This document shows positions 53,281 to 64,000 of a DNA stretch of 64,000 nucleotides, piece after piece. This DNA comes from Macrostomum lignano. Its lineage: Eukaryota. A program made the position numbers and the translations under genes. Numbering within the stretch: position 1 is the first letter of the stretch; each line of letters begins with the position of its first letter. The stretch covers positions 28,741 to 92,740 of the forward strand of contig NIVC01003530.1 in the NCBI GenBank assembly GCA_002269645.1, read 5' to 3'. The notes below the pieces were generated by a model. That model worked only from the letters and a program-made list of their open reading frames with translations, ran no database searches and was not told the DNA's origin.

Positions 53281-56200
53281 GTGAGTTTGAGGGGGGGGGG
53301 CATAACAAAGCCGAAAAATCACAACTCCGAAAAGCGCTTTCCATCATAAACCCGAAAAATCACAAACCCGAAATATCATAACTCCGAAAGTTCTAGCAAT
53401 GTCCAACACTATTTCAGTTTTCGGAGTTGTGACTTTTCGGGTTTGTGATATTACGGGTTTATGATGTGCGTTGCTATCAATTTCGGAGTTGTGATTTTTC
53501 GGGTCTGTGATATTTCGGGTTTGTGATATTTCGGGTTTGTGATTTTTCGAGTTTAGCTCGTATGATGGCGACCCAGTTTGAGCCATGGACTTAATGGGGA
53601 TGCCAACTTAGTCCCCTGGACCCCTAGATCCCTAGACCTAGACCCCTAGATCCCTAGAACTAGACCCCTAGATCTCTAGACCTAGACCCTTAGATCCCTA
53701 GACCTAGACCCCTAGATCCCTAGACCTAGACCCCTAGATCCCTAGAACTAGACCCCTAGATCTCTAGACCTAGACCCTTAGATCCCTAGACCTAGACCCC
53801 TAGATCCCTAGACCTAGATCCCTAGATCTCTAGACCTAGACCCTTAGATCCCTAGACCTAGACCCCTAGATCCCTAGACCTAGATCCCTAGATTTCTAGA
53901 CCTAGATCCCTAGATCTCTAGACCTAGACCCCTAGATCCCTAGACCTAGATCCCTAGATCTCTAGACCTAGACCCCTAGATCTCTAGACCTAGATCCCTA
54001 CATCCCTAGACCTAGACCCCTACATCCCTAGACCTAGATCCCTAGATCTCTAGACCTAGACCCCTAGATCTCTAGACCTAGATCCCTAGATCTCTAGACC
54101 TAGACCCCTAGATCCCTAGACCTAGGGGTAGGCCTAGGCCTAGGCTCTAGACCTAGACCCCTAGATCCCTAGACCTAGACCCCTAGATCTCTAGATCCCT
54201 AGACCTAGGGGTAGGCCTAGGCCTAGGCTCTAGACCTAGACCCCTAGATCCCTAGACCTCCCTAGATCTCTAGACCTAGATCCCTACATCCCTAGACCTA
54301 GACCCCTAGATCTCTAGACCTAGACCCCTAGATCCCTAGAACTAGACCCCAGATGTAATGAAATGCTTCTATTTTTAGTAGAACGTGAAAATTCGTTTCT
54401 TAGAAAATCTTTGCAAGTAGGTCTGTTAAAATGGCTTGCCTTGAGGGGAGCGCAGAGCATCTCAGCGATAAGCACGTGTTGCTCTCGCACCAGGACCCAC
54501 TGGTTCGACATTCATTTTAAGCTTGCGTGCTCAAAAATTCGCCCCAGGGGGTTGTCGTGCGATTCACAGCCAGGATGAAGGCCAGACTCCAAGGCAAAAT
54601 ATATTTTACATACCTGAAAATTAGAAAGTCAGGGCTGCTGTACACACTGTGTGAGCACGAGTTCGTGCCTGCGTGCGTGCACTCGCGTGTGCTCAGGAGG
54701 CAGTGGAATGGGCAGAATCGTCTCAGCGCCGACGGCGTTGCGCCAGGGTGCCTGCAGCCCTCCTGCAGCCATCATCTCAGCTCGAAATTTTCCTTTCGAG
54801 TCGAGTCGTCCTTTGTGTAAAAAATAACACTCTGAGGCTCCAACCGCACCGCAGAACTCCCTGGCCGCTCTGAAGTCCGATTGGGCCCGGGTGAAAAACC
54901 TGGCCAAATGCCTGGACAGGCAAATGGAGCACCAGTCCAACTATCACCTGGTAATGCGGGGCCGTCTGGCAAAGGTGGAGTGAACAGGAGTAGAACAGGA
55001 GTAGAACAGGAGTAGAACAGGAGTAGAACAGGAGTAGAACAGGAGTAGAACAGGAGTAGAACAGAAGTAGAACAGGAGTAGAACAGGAGTAGAACAGGAG
55101 TAGAACTGGAGTAGAACAGGAGTAGAACAGGAGTAGAACAGGAGTAGAACAGGAGTAGAACAGGAGTAGAACAAGAGTAGAACAGGAGTAGAACAGGAGT
55201 AAGACAGGAGTAGAACAGGAGTAGAACAGGAGTAAGACAGGAGTAGAACAGGAGTAGAAAAGGAGTAGAACAGGATACTATGCACCACCCCCGCAGTTCT
55301 ACCAGACGCTCAAGGAATACCAATCCAGCTTGGAAGCCGCATTCGCTTCCTTCCGGACAGCCCTGGCCGGACAAAATTTCTCGGGCACCAAGGACGAAGC
55401 CAAGTGGCTGTTCGAGCAGATGCAGGTACGGGGCCTGCGTGTTGACTGGACTTTTAACTACTTGTCTCCTGCATGCAACTGTATCCATTTCCAATTTGTT
55501 TGATTCTTCAATCCCAAAAAATGTCCAACAGTCCCAAAGTCTCTCCAACAGTCCCAATGTCTCTCCAACAGTCCCAATGTCTCTCCAACAGTCCCAATGT
55601 CTCTCCGACAGTCTTAATGTCTCTCCAACAGTCCCAATGTCTCTCCAACAGTCCCAATGTCTCTCCAACAGTCCCAATGTCTCTCCAACAGTCCCAATGT
55701 CTCTCCAACAGTCCCAATGTCTCTCCAACAGTCCAATGTCTCTCCAACAGTCCCAATGTCTCTCCAACAGTCCCAATGTCTCTTCAACAGTCCCAATGTC
55801 TCTTTAACAGTCCCAATGTCTCTCCAACAGTCCCAATGTCTCTTCAACAGTCCCAATGTCTCTCCAACAGTCCCAATGTCTCTCCAACAGTCTCAATGTC
55901 TCTTCAACAGTCCCAATGTCTCTTTAACAGTCCCAATGTCTCTCCAACAGTCCCAATGTCTCTTCAACAGTCCCAATGTCTCTCCAACAGTCCCAATGTC
56001 TCTCCAACAGTCCCAATGTCTCTCCAACAGTCCCAATGTCTCTCCAACGGTCCCAATGTCGCTCCAACAGTCCCAATGTCTCTCCAACGGTCTCAATGTC
56101 TCTCCAACAGTTCCAATGTCTCTTCAAAAATCGCAAGTTCTAACTGTCAAAAAGTCAACGCTTTGCTCCCAACAACAATTAAATTTCCTCAGTCGCTCAT

Positions 56201-59200
56201 CACGGCGGTGCTGCAGTGGTGGCAGCGCATCGACAGCCTCATCATTCAGAGCCGCAAGGTGCTGCCCATGGCCGCCCGCCTGGGACCGCTGGACATGAAG
56301 CGGCCGGGCAAAGTGCTAGTGGACTTTGAGACGAAAGAGGTGGGTTATTGAGCGGGTGGGTGATTGAGTGGGTGGGTGATTGAGTGGGTGGGTGAGTGAG
56401 TGGGTGGGTGAGTGAGCGGGTGGGTGATTGAGTGGGTGGGTGAGTGAGCGGGTGGGTGATTGAGTGAGTGGGTGAGTGGGTGATTGAGTGGTTAGGTATT
56501 TGTCTGGGTAGTCGTACCGGGTGATGGTGTGGGTGACGGTGTAAAAACGATGATAATTAGCTCTCACCTGAAATTCTCCCGCATCTCGCAGCTGACTCTG
56601 AAGGCCAACGACGACGTGTTCGTGGTGGACACCTCGGACCGCGACTCCTGGACGGTGGAGACGACCCGCGGCCAATCGATAAGCCTGCCGTCGATGTGCA
56701 TCGCCATCAGCGGCCCGGACCCGGAGGTGATGGAGCGGTCGCTGTCGGTGCGCACCTTCCTGCTGGCGGACTGGACCGCCACCCTCAGGGAGGTCGGCCG
56801 GGCGTTGGTGAGCTTCACGCTCAGCGTCTTCCGGCTGGCGCGGACGGCTGAGGTAGGCAATGGGGAACCCGTAGCCGTTAAAGTTTCCCATGGGGATGGG
56901 GAGCTGGGTCCGAGCCCTATCAGATGGGTATCTGAGTCGGAGATGGGGATCTGAATCGGAGAGATGGGGGTCTGAGTGGGGGGATGGAAATCTGAGTCGG
57001 GGAGATGAGGATCTGAGTTGTAGATGGGGATCTGAGTCGAAAATGGGGATCTGAGTTGGGGAAATGGGGATCTGAGTCAGGGAGATGGGAATCTGAGTCG
57101 GAGATAAGGATCTGTGTCACAGATGGGGATCTGAGTCGGGGAGATGGGGATCTGAGTCGGGGAAGTGGGGATCTGAGTCGGAGATGGGGATCTGAGTCGG
57201 GGAAGTGGGGATCTGAGTCGGAGATGGGGATCTGAGTCGGAGATAAGGATCTGAGTCGGAGATGGGGATCTGAGTCGGAGATAAGGATCTGAGTCGGAGA
57301 TGGGGATCTGAGTCGGAGATGGGGATCTGAGTCGGAGATAAGGATCTGAGTCGCAGATGGGGATCTGAGTCGGGGAGATGAGGATCTGAGTCGGGGAGAT
57401 GAGGATCTGAGTCGGGGAGATGAGGATCTGAGTCGGGGAGATGGGGATCTGAGTCAGAGATGTGGATCTGAGTAGGAGGAGGGGAATTAAGTTTGGCTGT
57501 TTGTGCAGGACTGTCTGATCCCGAATCCTCCCACACTCTCAGGTGGATCTGCCAACCGAGGACAGCCTGGACGGTCGCGAGCTCGAGCCCCTGCTCGGCG
57601 TGATGGAGAAGCTGCTGCAGACCTACTGGGCGAAGAACCCTGAGTTCTCTGACATGGCCGAGCGCATCAGCAAGGCCCGGGTGTCGCTGGCGATCTATGA
57701 TGACGCGCAGGACATCGACGACTGCACCCACATTGACATCAGTGAGCGCGGCTGGCTGGCGAGATTTGGCCTGCTTTTTTCTTACTTTCTACTGTAAGCA
57801 GGATAATGGGAAAGCGACTTTCCGCCCGCAGACACGCTCTTCCTGCAGCTCAGCCCGCTCGCCATAACGGGCTCCAACTCCGAGGAGTCCGGCGGCGTGA
57901 CCCAGAAGATGCTGACGCTGCTGATGCGCAAGTATCAGGAGCTACTCAAGTACTGGGAGGTGTACAAGGTGCTGGTGGAGACCTCTAACGATCCCAACTA
58001 CTTCTGGATGATGGAGGAGTTTCAGAAGCTGCGCTACATCAACGTGACCGAATTGCTGAAGTACGTCTGACTGACTGACTGACTGACTGACTGACTGACT
58101 GACTGACTGACTGACTGACTGACTGACTGACTGACTGACTGACTGACTGACTGACTGACTGACTGACTGACTGACTGACTGACTGACTGACTGACTGACT
58201 GACTGACTGACTGACTGACTGACTGACTGACTGACTGACTGACTGACTGACTGACTGACTGACTGACTGACTGACTGACTGACTGACTGACTGACTGACT
58301 GACTGACTGACTGACTGACTGACTGACTGACTGACTGACTGACTGACTGACTGACTGACTGACTGACTGACTGACTGACTGACTGACTGACTGACTGACT
58401 GACTGACTGACTGACTGACTGACTGACTGACTGACTGACTGACTGACTGACTGACTGACTGACTGACTGACTGACTGACTGACTGACTGACTGACTGACT
58501 GACTGACTGACTGACTGACTGACTGACTGACTGACTGACTGACTGACTGACTGACTGACTGACTGACTGACTGACTGACTGACTGACTGACTGACTGACT
58601 GACTGACTGACTGACTGACTGACTGACTGACTGACTGACTGACTGACTGACTGACTGACTGACTGACTGACTGACTGACTGACTGACTGACTGACTGACT
58701 GACTGACTGACTGACTGACTGACTGACTGACTGACTGACTGACTGACATTCCCCCCTCAGCTTCCTGGCCAGCGAGGACAAAGAGACGTGGCTGCACTAC
58801 ATCCACCAGATGATGTCGCGCTCCAGTCGAGGGCGTCCCGAGCCGGTGGTGACCCCCGTCGGGCTCGAGCAGGACCTGGACATGCGGCCAGAGGACAGCC
58901 TTCGCCTGATGGAGCCGGCCCCATCCCTAGCATCTGGCGCTTCATCGCGGGTGCTCATCGATGCCACGGACGGGCGGACATTCGTACAGCCGGAGCAGAA
59001 GCCGCAGGTCGGCCGGGAGGTCACCGCGGAGCTCATCGTGTCGGACCCGGACTCGACGGCTGAGAGTGAGCTCGGTTTGGTTTTGGCCAGCTGGCCACCA
59101 GATTATTCGGGTGTCAACCAACTTATTCGGGTAGCAACCAACTTATTCGGGTAGCAACTAGATTATTCGGGTAGCAACTAGATTATTCGGGTAGCAACCA

Positions 59201-61134
59201 GATTATTCGGGTAGCAACCAGATTATTCGGGTAGCAACCAGATTATTCGGGTGTCAACCAGATTATTCGGGTAGCAACCAGATTATTCGGGTAGCAACCA
59301 GATTATTCAGGTAGCAACCAGATTTCGGGTAGCAACCAGATTATTCTGGTAGCAGCCAGATTATTCGGGTAGCAACCAGATTATTCTGGTAGCAACCAGA
59401 TTATTCGGGTAGCAACCAGATTATTCGGGTAGCAACCAGATTATTCGGGTAGCAACCAGATTATTCGGGTAGCAAATCCAGACCCAAAAGCCCTGCTCAA
59501 GCAGCTCACCTGTAAACCGGCTCTCCAGACGCTTCGAACGGCGACGCCGCCCCGGAGCAGCCGGAGCAGCAGGCCAGCTTCATCAGCACGGCCAGCCTTC
59601 AGGTGAACTTGGAGGAGGCAGCGGAGCGGCCGCCAACCCCGGCTGGCTCGGAGGTGTCGGCGGTCAGCAGCGGAGTCCGACAGCGCGTGGCGGCCCTCGG
59701 GCGCAGCGTCAGCAACGCCAGCAGCGTCAAGGAGGCGACGGCCTCGCCAGTCAGGAGTGCCGAAGTCGAGGAGTTCAAGCGGGACGAGGTCGAGGAGAAC
59801 TCCCGGATGGTCATCAGCGGCGTGGTGGACACCCTGGACGGGACCATGCTGTCCATGCAGGACGCCATTGAGCGGGGCATCATCCACTCGGAGTCTGGGT
59901 CCTACCTCAACAGGGCCAAGAACGTCTGGATCCCCATTCCTGTGGCCGTGGCTGAAGGTCAGCTCACCGATGCTCGACAGAACTGGAATCCAAGTTGATG
60001 AATCCCCGATCACATCATCAGATCCCGAATCATGTCACCAGATCCCGAATCATGTCACCAGATCCCGAATTCCCAGATCCCGAATCCCCAGATCCCGAAT
60101 CCCCAGATCCCGAATCCCCAGATCCCGAATCCCCAGATCCGAATCCCCAGATCCCGAATCCCCAGATCCCGAATCCCCAGATCCCGAATCCCCAGATCCC
60201 GAATCCCCAGATCCCGAATCCCCAGATCCCGAATCCCCAGATCCCGAATCCCCAGATCCCGAATCCCCAGATCCCGAATCCCCAGATCCCGAATCCCCAG
60301 ATCCCGAATCCCCAGATCCCGAATCCCCAGATCCCGAATCCCCAGATCCCGAATCCCCAGATCCCGAATCCCCAGATCCCGAATCCCCAGATCCCGAATC
60401 CCCAGATCCCGAATACCCATCACCAGATTTCGAACAATCTCATCTCATCCCATCGAGCAATCTTCGATCCCCTCCCCAGATCCCAAATTGCAATTCCTGC
60501 ATCCCGGACCCGCAGGTTTAATCCAGGTGGAGCGCCGGACAGAGGAGCGGCAGGAGGTGAAGAAGCAGCAGGTGTACGGCATCCTCACCATCAAGGGAGG
60601 CGGCGGCGGCGGCCGGCCGTCCTTCGTGGTGACCGCCGTGCACGACAAGCTGCGCCGCTCCAAGCTGACCCTGGCGGAGGCGCAGCAGAGCGGCCTGGCC
60701 GACGACTCGCTGACGAAGTTCCTCGACACGGAGCGGGACGAGTGGCTGGAGCTGAGCAGCGCAGCCGACCGCGGACTCATCGAATACGACGTCGGGCCAG
60801 CGAGCGGCGGCGGCGACAGCAGCGACGGCGGGGAGGTCAGCTACGTGGTGTACAGCGTCGTGGACGTCGCCGGCAAGACGAGCGTCTCGTTCAAGGAGGC
60901 CGCGAGCGCGGCCTGATCAACGCCGAGGATGGCGCCTTCGTCAACAACGCCACAGGCGAGCGCCTCGAGCTGGAAGACGCCGTCAAGCGGGGATTCCTGA
61001 AGGCCGACCGGGTCACGGGGCCGGTGTCACAGGTGGCTGGCGCCGAGGAGCGCGTGGTGGTGAACCGCCTGCGCAACGCCAAGAGCCGCATGCGTGGAGC
61101 TGTCAGAGCGATGAGAGGCTTCGGAGGGAACTGA
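53119..61134 (+). CDS. Divergent plakin-family cytolinker (spectrin-like repeats + SH3 + C-terminal plakin-repeat-like modules), ~860 aa as modelled
   Basis: Exons 53119-53280, 54855-54950, 55297-55425, 56193-56339, 56592-56852, 57543-57741, 57832-58060, 58761-59065, 59529-59957, 60516-61134; phases match. Plakin-like segments: [33 protein letters not shown]; SH3 region [18 protein letters not shown]...[27 protein letters not shown]; repeats [36 protein letters not shown]. 5' end uncertain; 1-nt frameshift near 60905. Confidence 0.75.
53291..53550. mobile_element. Foldback/MITE-like element, copy 2
   Basis: G-run then CATAACAAAGCCGAAAAATCACAACTCCGAAA subrepeats on the left and inverted TTTCGGGTTTGTGAT subrepeats on the right; same motif family as 47282-47415. 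Confidence 0.65.
53620..54350. repeat. CTAGA-rich minisatellite
   Basis: Units ctagacccctagatccctagac. Confidence 0.92.
54855..54950 (+). CDS. Plakin-like exon
   Basis: [32 protein letters not shown], ccgcAG acceptor and GTAATG donor. Confidence 0.8.
54983..55275. repeat. 11-bp minisatellite
   Basis: Unit gaacaggagta. Confidence 0.93.
55297..55425 (+). CDS. Plakin-like exon
   Basis: [16 protein letters not shown]...WLFEQMQ, ccgcAG acceptor and GTACGG donor. Confidence 0.85.
55523..56125. repeat. 20-bp minisatellite
   Basis: Unit tctccaacagtcccaatgtc. Confidence 0.95.
56193..56339 (+). CDS. Plakin-like exon (pre-SH3)
   Basis: [49 protein letters not shown]. Confidence 0.88.
56592..56852 (+). 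CDS. Plakin-like exon (SH3)
   Basis: [50 protein letters not shown]... Confidence 0.9.
56935..57470. repeat. ~19-21-bp minisatellite
   Basis: Unit gggatctgagtcggagatg. Confidence 0.92.
57543..57741 (+). CDS. Plakin-like exon
   Basis: [29 protein letters not shown]...HIDI, phase 1. Confidence 0.85.
57832..58060 (+). CDS. Plakin-like exon
   Basis: (N)[14 protein letters not shown]...[19 protein letters not shown]...INVTELL, phase 1-2. Confidence 0.85.
58067..58746. repeat. (GACT)n microsatellite forming nearly a whole intron
   Basis: About 170 copies between the donor at 58061 and the acceptor at 58760. Confidence 0.98.
58761..59065 (+). CDS. Plakin-like exon
   Basis: [20 protein letters not shown]...SDPDSTAE, phase 2-1. 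Confidence 0.85.
59095..59475. repeat. 20-bp minisatellite
   Basis: Unit accagattattcgggtagca. Confidence 0.93.
59529..59957 (+). CDS. Plakin-like exon
   Basis: ...[49 protein letters not shown], phase 1-1. Confidence 0.88.
60010..60415. repeat. 15-bp minisatellite
   Basis: Unit gatcccgaatcccca. Confidence 0.95.
60516..61134 (+). CDS. Plakin-like terminal exon containing a 1-nt frameshift (~60905)
   Basis: (G)LIQVERR...[25 protein letters not shown]...[21 protein letters not shown], then a frame change to (E)[33 protein letters not shown]...GFGGN-stop. Confidence 0.8.
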
Positions 61135-61460
61135 CTTTATCCTCCCTGATCCTCTGATGAGGACTCTGGGACTCCATCCTCCCTGATCCTTTGATGCGGA
61201 CTCTGGGACTCCATCCTCCCTGATCCTTTGATGCGGACTCTGGGACTCCATCCTCCCCTGATCCTCTGATGCGGACTCTGGGACTCCATCCTCCCTGATC
61301 CTCTGATGCGGACTCTGGGACTCCATCCTCCCTGATCCTCTGATGCGGACTCTGGGACTCCATCCTCCCTGATCCTCTGATGCGGACTCTGGAACTCCAT
61401 CCTCCCTGATCCTTTGATGCGGACTCTCTCCATCCTCCCTGATCCTTTGATGCGGACTCT
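61135..61460. repeat. ~37-bp minisatellite directly after the plakin-like stop codon
   Basis: Unit actctgggactccatcctccctgatcctctgatgcgg. Confidence 0.92.
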
Positions 61461-62439
61461 GGGACTTGGGATCGAACTGAAATGCTAACAAACCAAAGTT
61501 TGCATTGGTCATTTAGCCCTAAGTGTCTCAGCTTCTTCGTATCCTTCTCCATCGTGATTATTGCTTAATCCTTCATTATTAACCCAAGTCCATTCGCGCT
61601 AATCCTTTGCTTGCGAAAAAAATTGATAGCAGCCTACACGTACGCACACCAATTAAAAGTTGTCCATTTTTAGCAAATATTGCAGACTTTAGTAAAGCTA
61701 AACATACAACTTATAAAAACGCTTAGACAATTTTATTTGCTTTTCCTCGCATTTCTACTTACAGTAGACGTTGAGAACCTGTGAAGAATTTTAGCGGACA
61801 CTGCATCGAAATCCACTCCAACAACAGCCTGGCATGCATCTCAAGAGCTAAAGGAAAAAACCTGGGCGTTAGTCACCGGCAAATCCCCTACTGCTCCACC
61901 CAAAAATCCCCCAACCCTCCTCAGTTCCCCAGTTCAATCTCCGGCAGTTCCTCTGGCTGGCTACTCATATCAATTCCATCTTATATCAGATTTCTGAATT
62001 TTTTCTTTCCTAAAAGCAAGAAAAGCTGGGGAAAACCAGCAGGCAGGCAAGCGGAAGCAGCAAGGGCAACATTTTGCTTCTCTAAGCAGAGCTGGGCATT
62101 AATGCCCACACAGAAATCGTTCGCGTGCCTCCCAGCCCTGAAATCGGCTTCGAAAAAATGAAATCTGCTTCAATTTCCGCTTCAAGCAATTAAAATGTTG
62201 CGACTGCCCCCCATTCATTTCTGCTTCTTCGAGACAGAACTCGTGACTCACCCTCTTGAAGCCGGAAAATGAAAGCCGGGCCTCCCCGCCTCAGACTGAC
62301 GACCCCGGCTCGGACTTCTCTGTCAGCACCTCCGCCCGGCACCCTTCCTCTCCCGCCTGCGACTATCCAGCCCTGCTGTCTCAGCACCTTCCTCATGTCG
62401 CTCCTGTCCACTCTCATATTGATTCTGCCGTAATGTCCA

Positions 62440-63030
62440 TCTCATCCCCTCTCATCCCCTCTTATCCCCTCTCATCCCATCTCATCCCATCTCACCCCCT
62501 CTCACCCCCTCATCCCCTCTCACCCCTTCTCATCCCATCTCACCCCCTCTCACCCCCTCTCACCCCATCTCATCCCATCTCATCCCATCTCACCCCTCTC
62601 ACCCCCTCATCCCCTCTCACCCCATCTCATCCCATCTCACCCCCTCTCACCCCTCTCACCCCATCTCATCCCATCTCACCCCTCTCACCCCCTCTCATCT
62701 CGTCTTGTTCCCTCTCATCCCATCTCATCCCCTCTCACCCCTCTCATCCCATCTCACCCCTCTCACCCCTCTCACCCCCTCTCACCCCTTTCATCCCATC
62801 TCATCCCATCTCACCCCCTCTCATACCCCTCTGATCCGCTCACATCCTCTCTCACCCCCTGATCCCTCTCATTCCCTCTCATCCTCTCACCATATCTCGT
62901 CCTCTCTCATCTCCTCTCATCTAATCTCATCCCCTCACATCCCTCTCACCCCCTCTGATCCCCTCTCATTTCCTCTCAGCCTTTCTCATCTTCTCTCATC
63001 CTCTCTCATCCGCTTTCATCCCCTCTGACC
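62440..63030. repeat. Pyrimidine-rich degenerate repeat
   Basis: ccatctcacccc / cctctcatcc variants. Confidence 0.85.
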
Positions 63031-63714
63031 ACCTCGTCCCTTATTCGATGTGCTCTCCTTGGCCTCCCAAGCGCAGTCTTCCCTATTATTTCTTATTCCT
63101 TCATCTAAAATCCCAACTCCGCTTTCGAATCCCCATTGAGCAGTGCGCACTGTTGACAGACTCCACCGCAGCCTGGCAGGAACAAAGACTGCAGGCCCGG
63201 CCGCAAAAGCCAGGGTGACACAATCAATGCATCCGCATGCCGAGCAATGCCGTTCTCAGCCCAGGCAGCTTCTCGCGTTTGCCCAGTGACTCATCTTTTT
63301 CGATTCCCAAAACTCTCCACCGCTCAATAGTGTTCCCCGTCCCAATTGATTCCAGGCCAACTCAGCATCGTCAATCCACAGTTCCGAGCACTCCATCTGT
63401 CACACTCAAGCTGTCACTCACTTGCATTTCTTTTGCTGCTCGTGCATAACAAGCGGAATGCATTTGCTCTATTGAATCAGCCTCTGAGCCACTCATTGCT
63501 CTGTCTGCCTGTCATTCCCAACCCCTGCCTGTCAAGCTTATCAGTGTGCGCTGCTCTCGTGCTGCCTGTCGCTCAGCCAATTTTTTTTATCTGCGAGACA
63601 GGCAGGCAGGCAGGCATGCCGAGCATCGATCGGCGCTCCGCGAGCTGGATGGAACTTTTGTATACATGTACCGATTCCTTCTGTTTGATGGCTCATGGGC
63701 TGTCGTATCCGTCC

Positions 63715-64000
63715 CTCTCCTTCTTTTCCCTCTCCTTCTCCCTCTCCTTCTCCCTCTCCTTCTCCCTCCCTTCTTTCCTCCCTTCTCCCTCTCTCTCCCT
63801 CTCCTTCTCCCTCTCCTTCTCCCTCTCCTTCTCCCCTTCCTTCTCCCTCTCCTTCTCCCTCTCCTTCTCCTCTCCTTCTCCCTCTCCTTCTCCCTCTCCT
63901 TCTCCCTCTCCTTCTCCCTCTCCTTCTCCCTCTCCTTCTCTCCTTCTCTCCTCTCCTTCTCTCTCCTCCTTCTCCCTCCCCTTCTCCCTCTCCCTTCTCC
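63715..64000. repeat. 12-bp CT-rich minisatellite
   Basis: Unit ctccctctcctt. Confidence 0.92.

Overview
Eukaryotic (animal) genomic DNA with spliced genes and a very high density of micro- and minisatellites. The style (GC3-rich exons, nearly every intron holding its own tandem array) suggests a flatworm such as Macrostomum, but that is inference. Four intron-containing genes were reconstructed by hand, with splice sites and phases checked. (1) Type II glutamine synthetase (+, 1565-5417, 5 exons, about 362 aa). (2) An ankyrin-repeat/STE-like Ser/Thr kinase fusion (-, 8908-12403, 3 exons, about 951 aa; one junction uncertain). (3) A discoidin domain receptor tyrosine kinase (-, 16084-49837, 8 exons, 1028 aa). 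(4) A short, divergent plakin-family gene (+, about 53119-61134) with a 1-nt frameshift in its last exon. Also present are a decayed Ty3/gypsy RT-RNase H fragment, a 5'-truncated non-LTR retrotransposon end, two copies of a foldback/MITE family, a duplicated block of about 550 bp and about 40 tandem arrays. Most ORF-track entries are artefacts of these arrays. The most striking observation is the ankyrin-kinase: seven near-identical double-ankyrin cassettes with an almost invariant framework and variation confined to the binding-face positions that are randomised in designed ankyrin repeat proteins (DARPins), apparently shuffled between cassettes. A second theme is tandem arrays seeded from splice junctions or a stop codon, or built from branch-point-like motifs. 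No rRNA, tRNA or CRISPR array was recognised.
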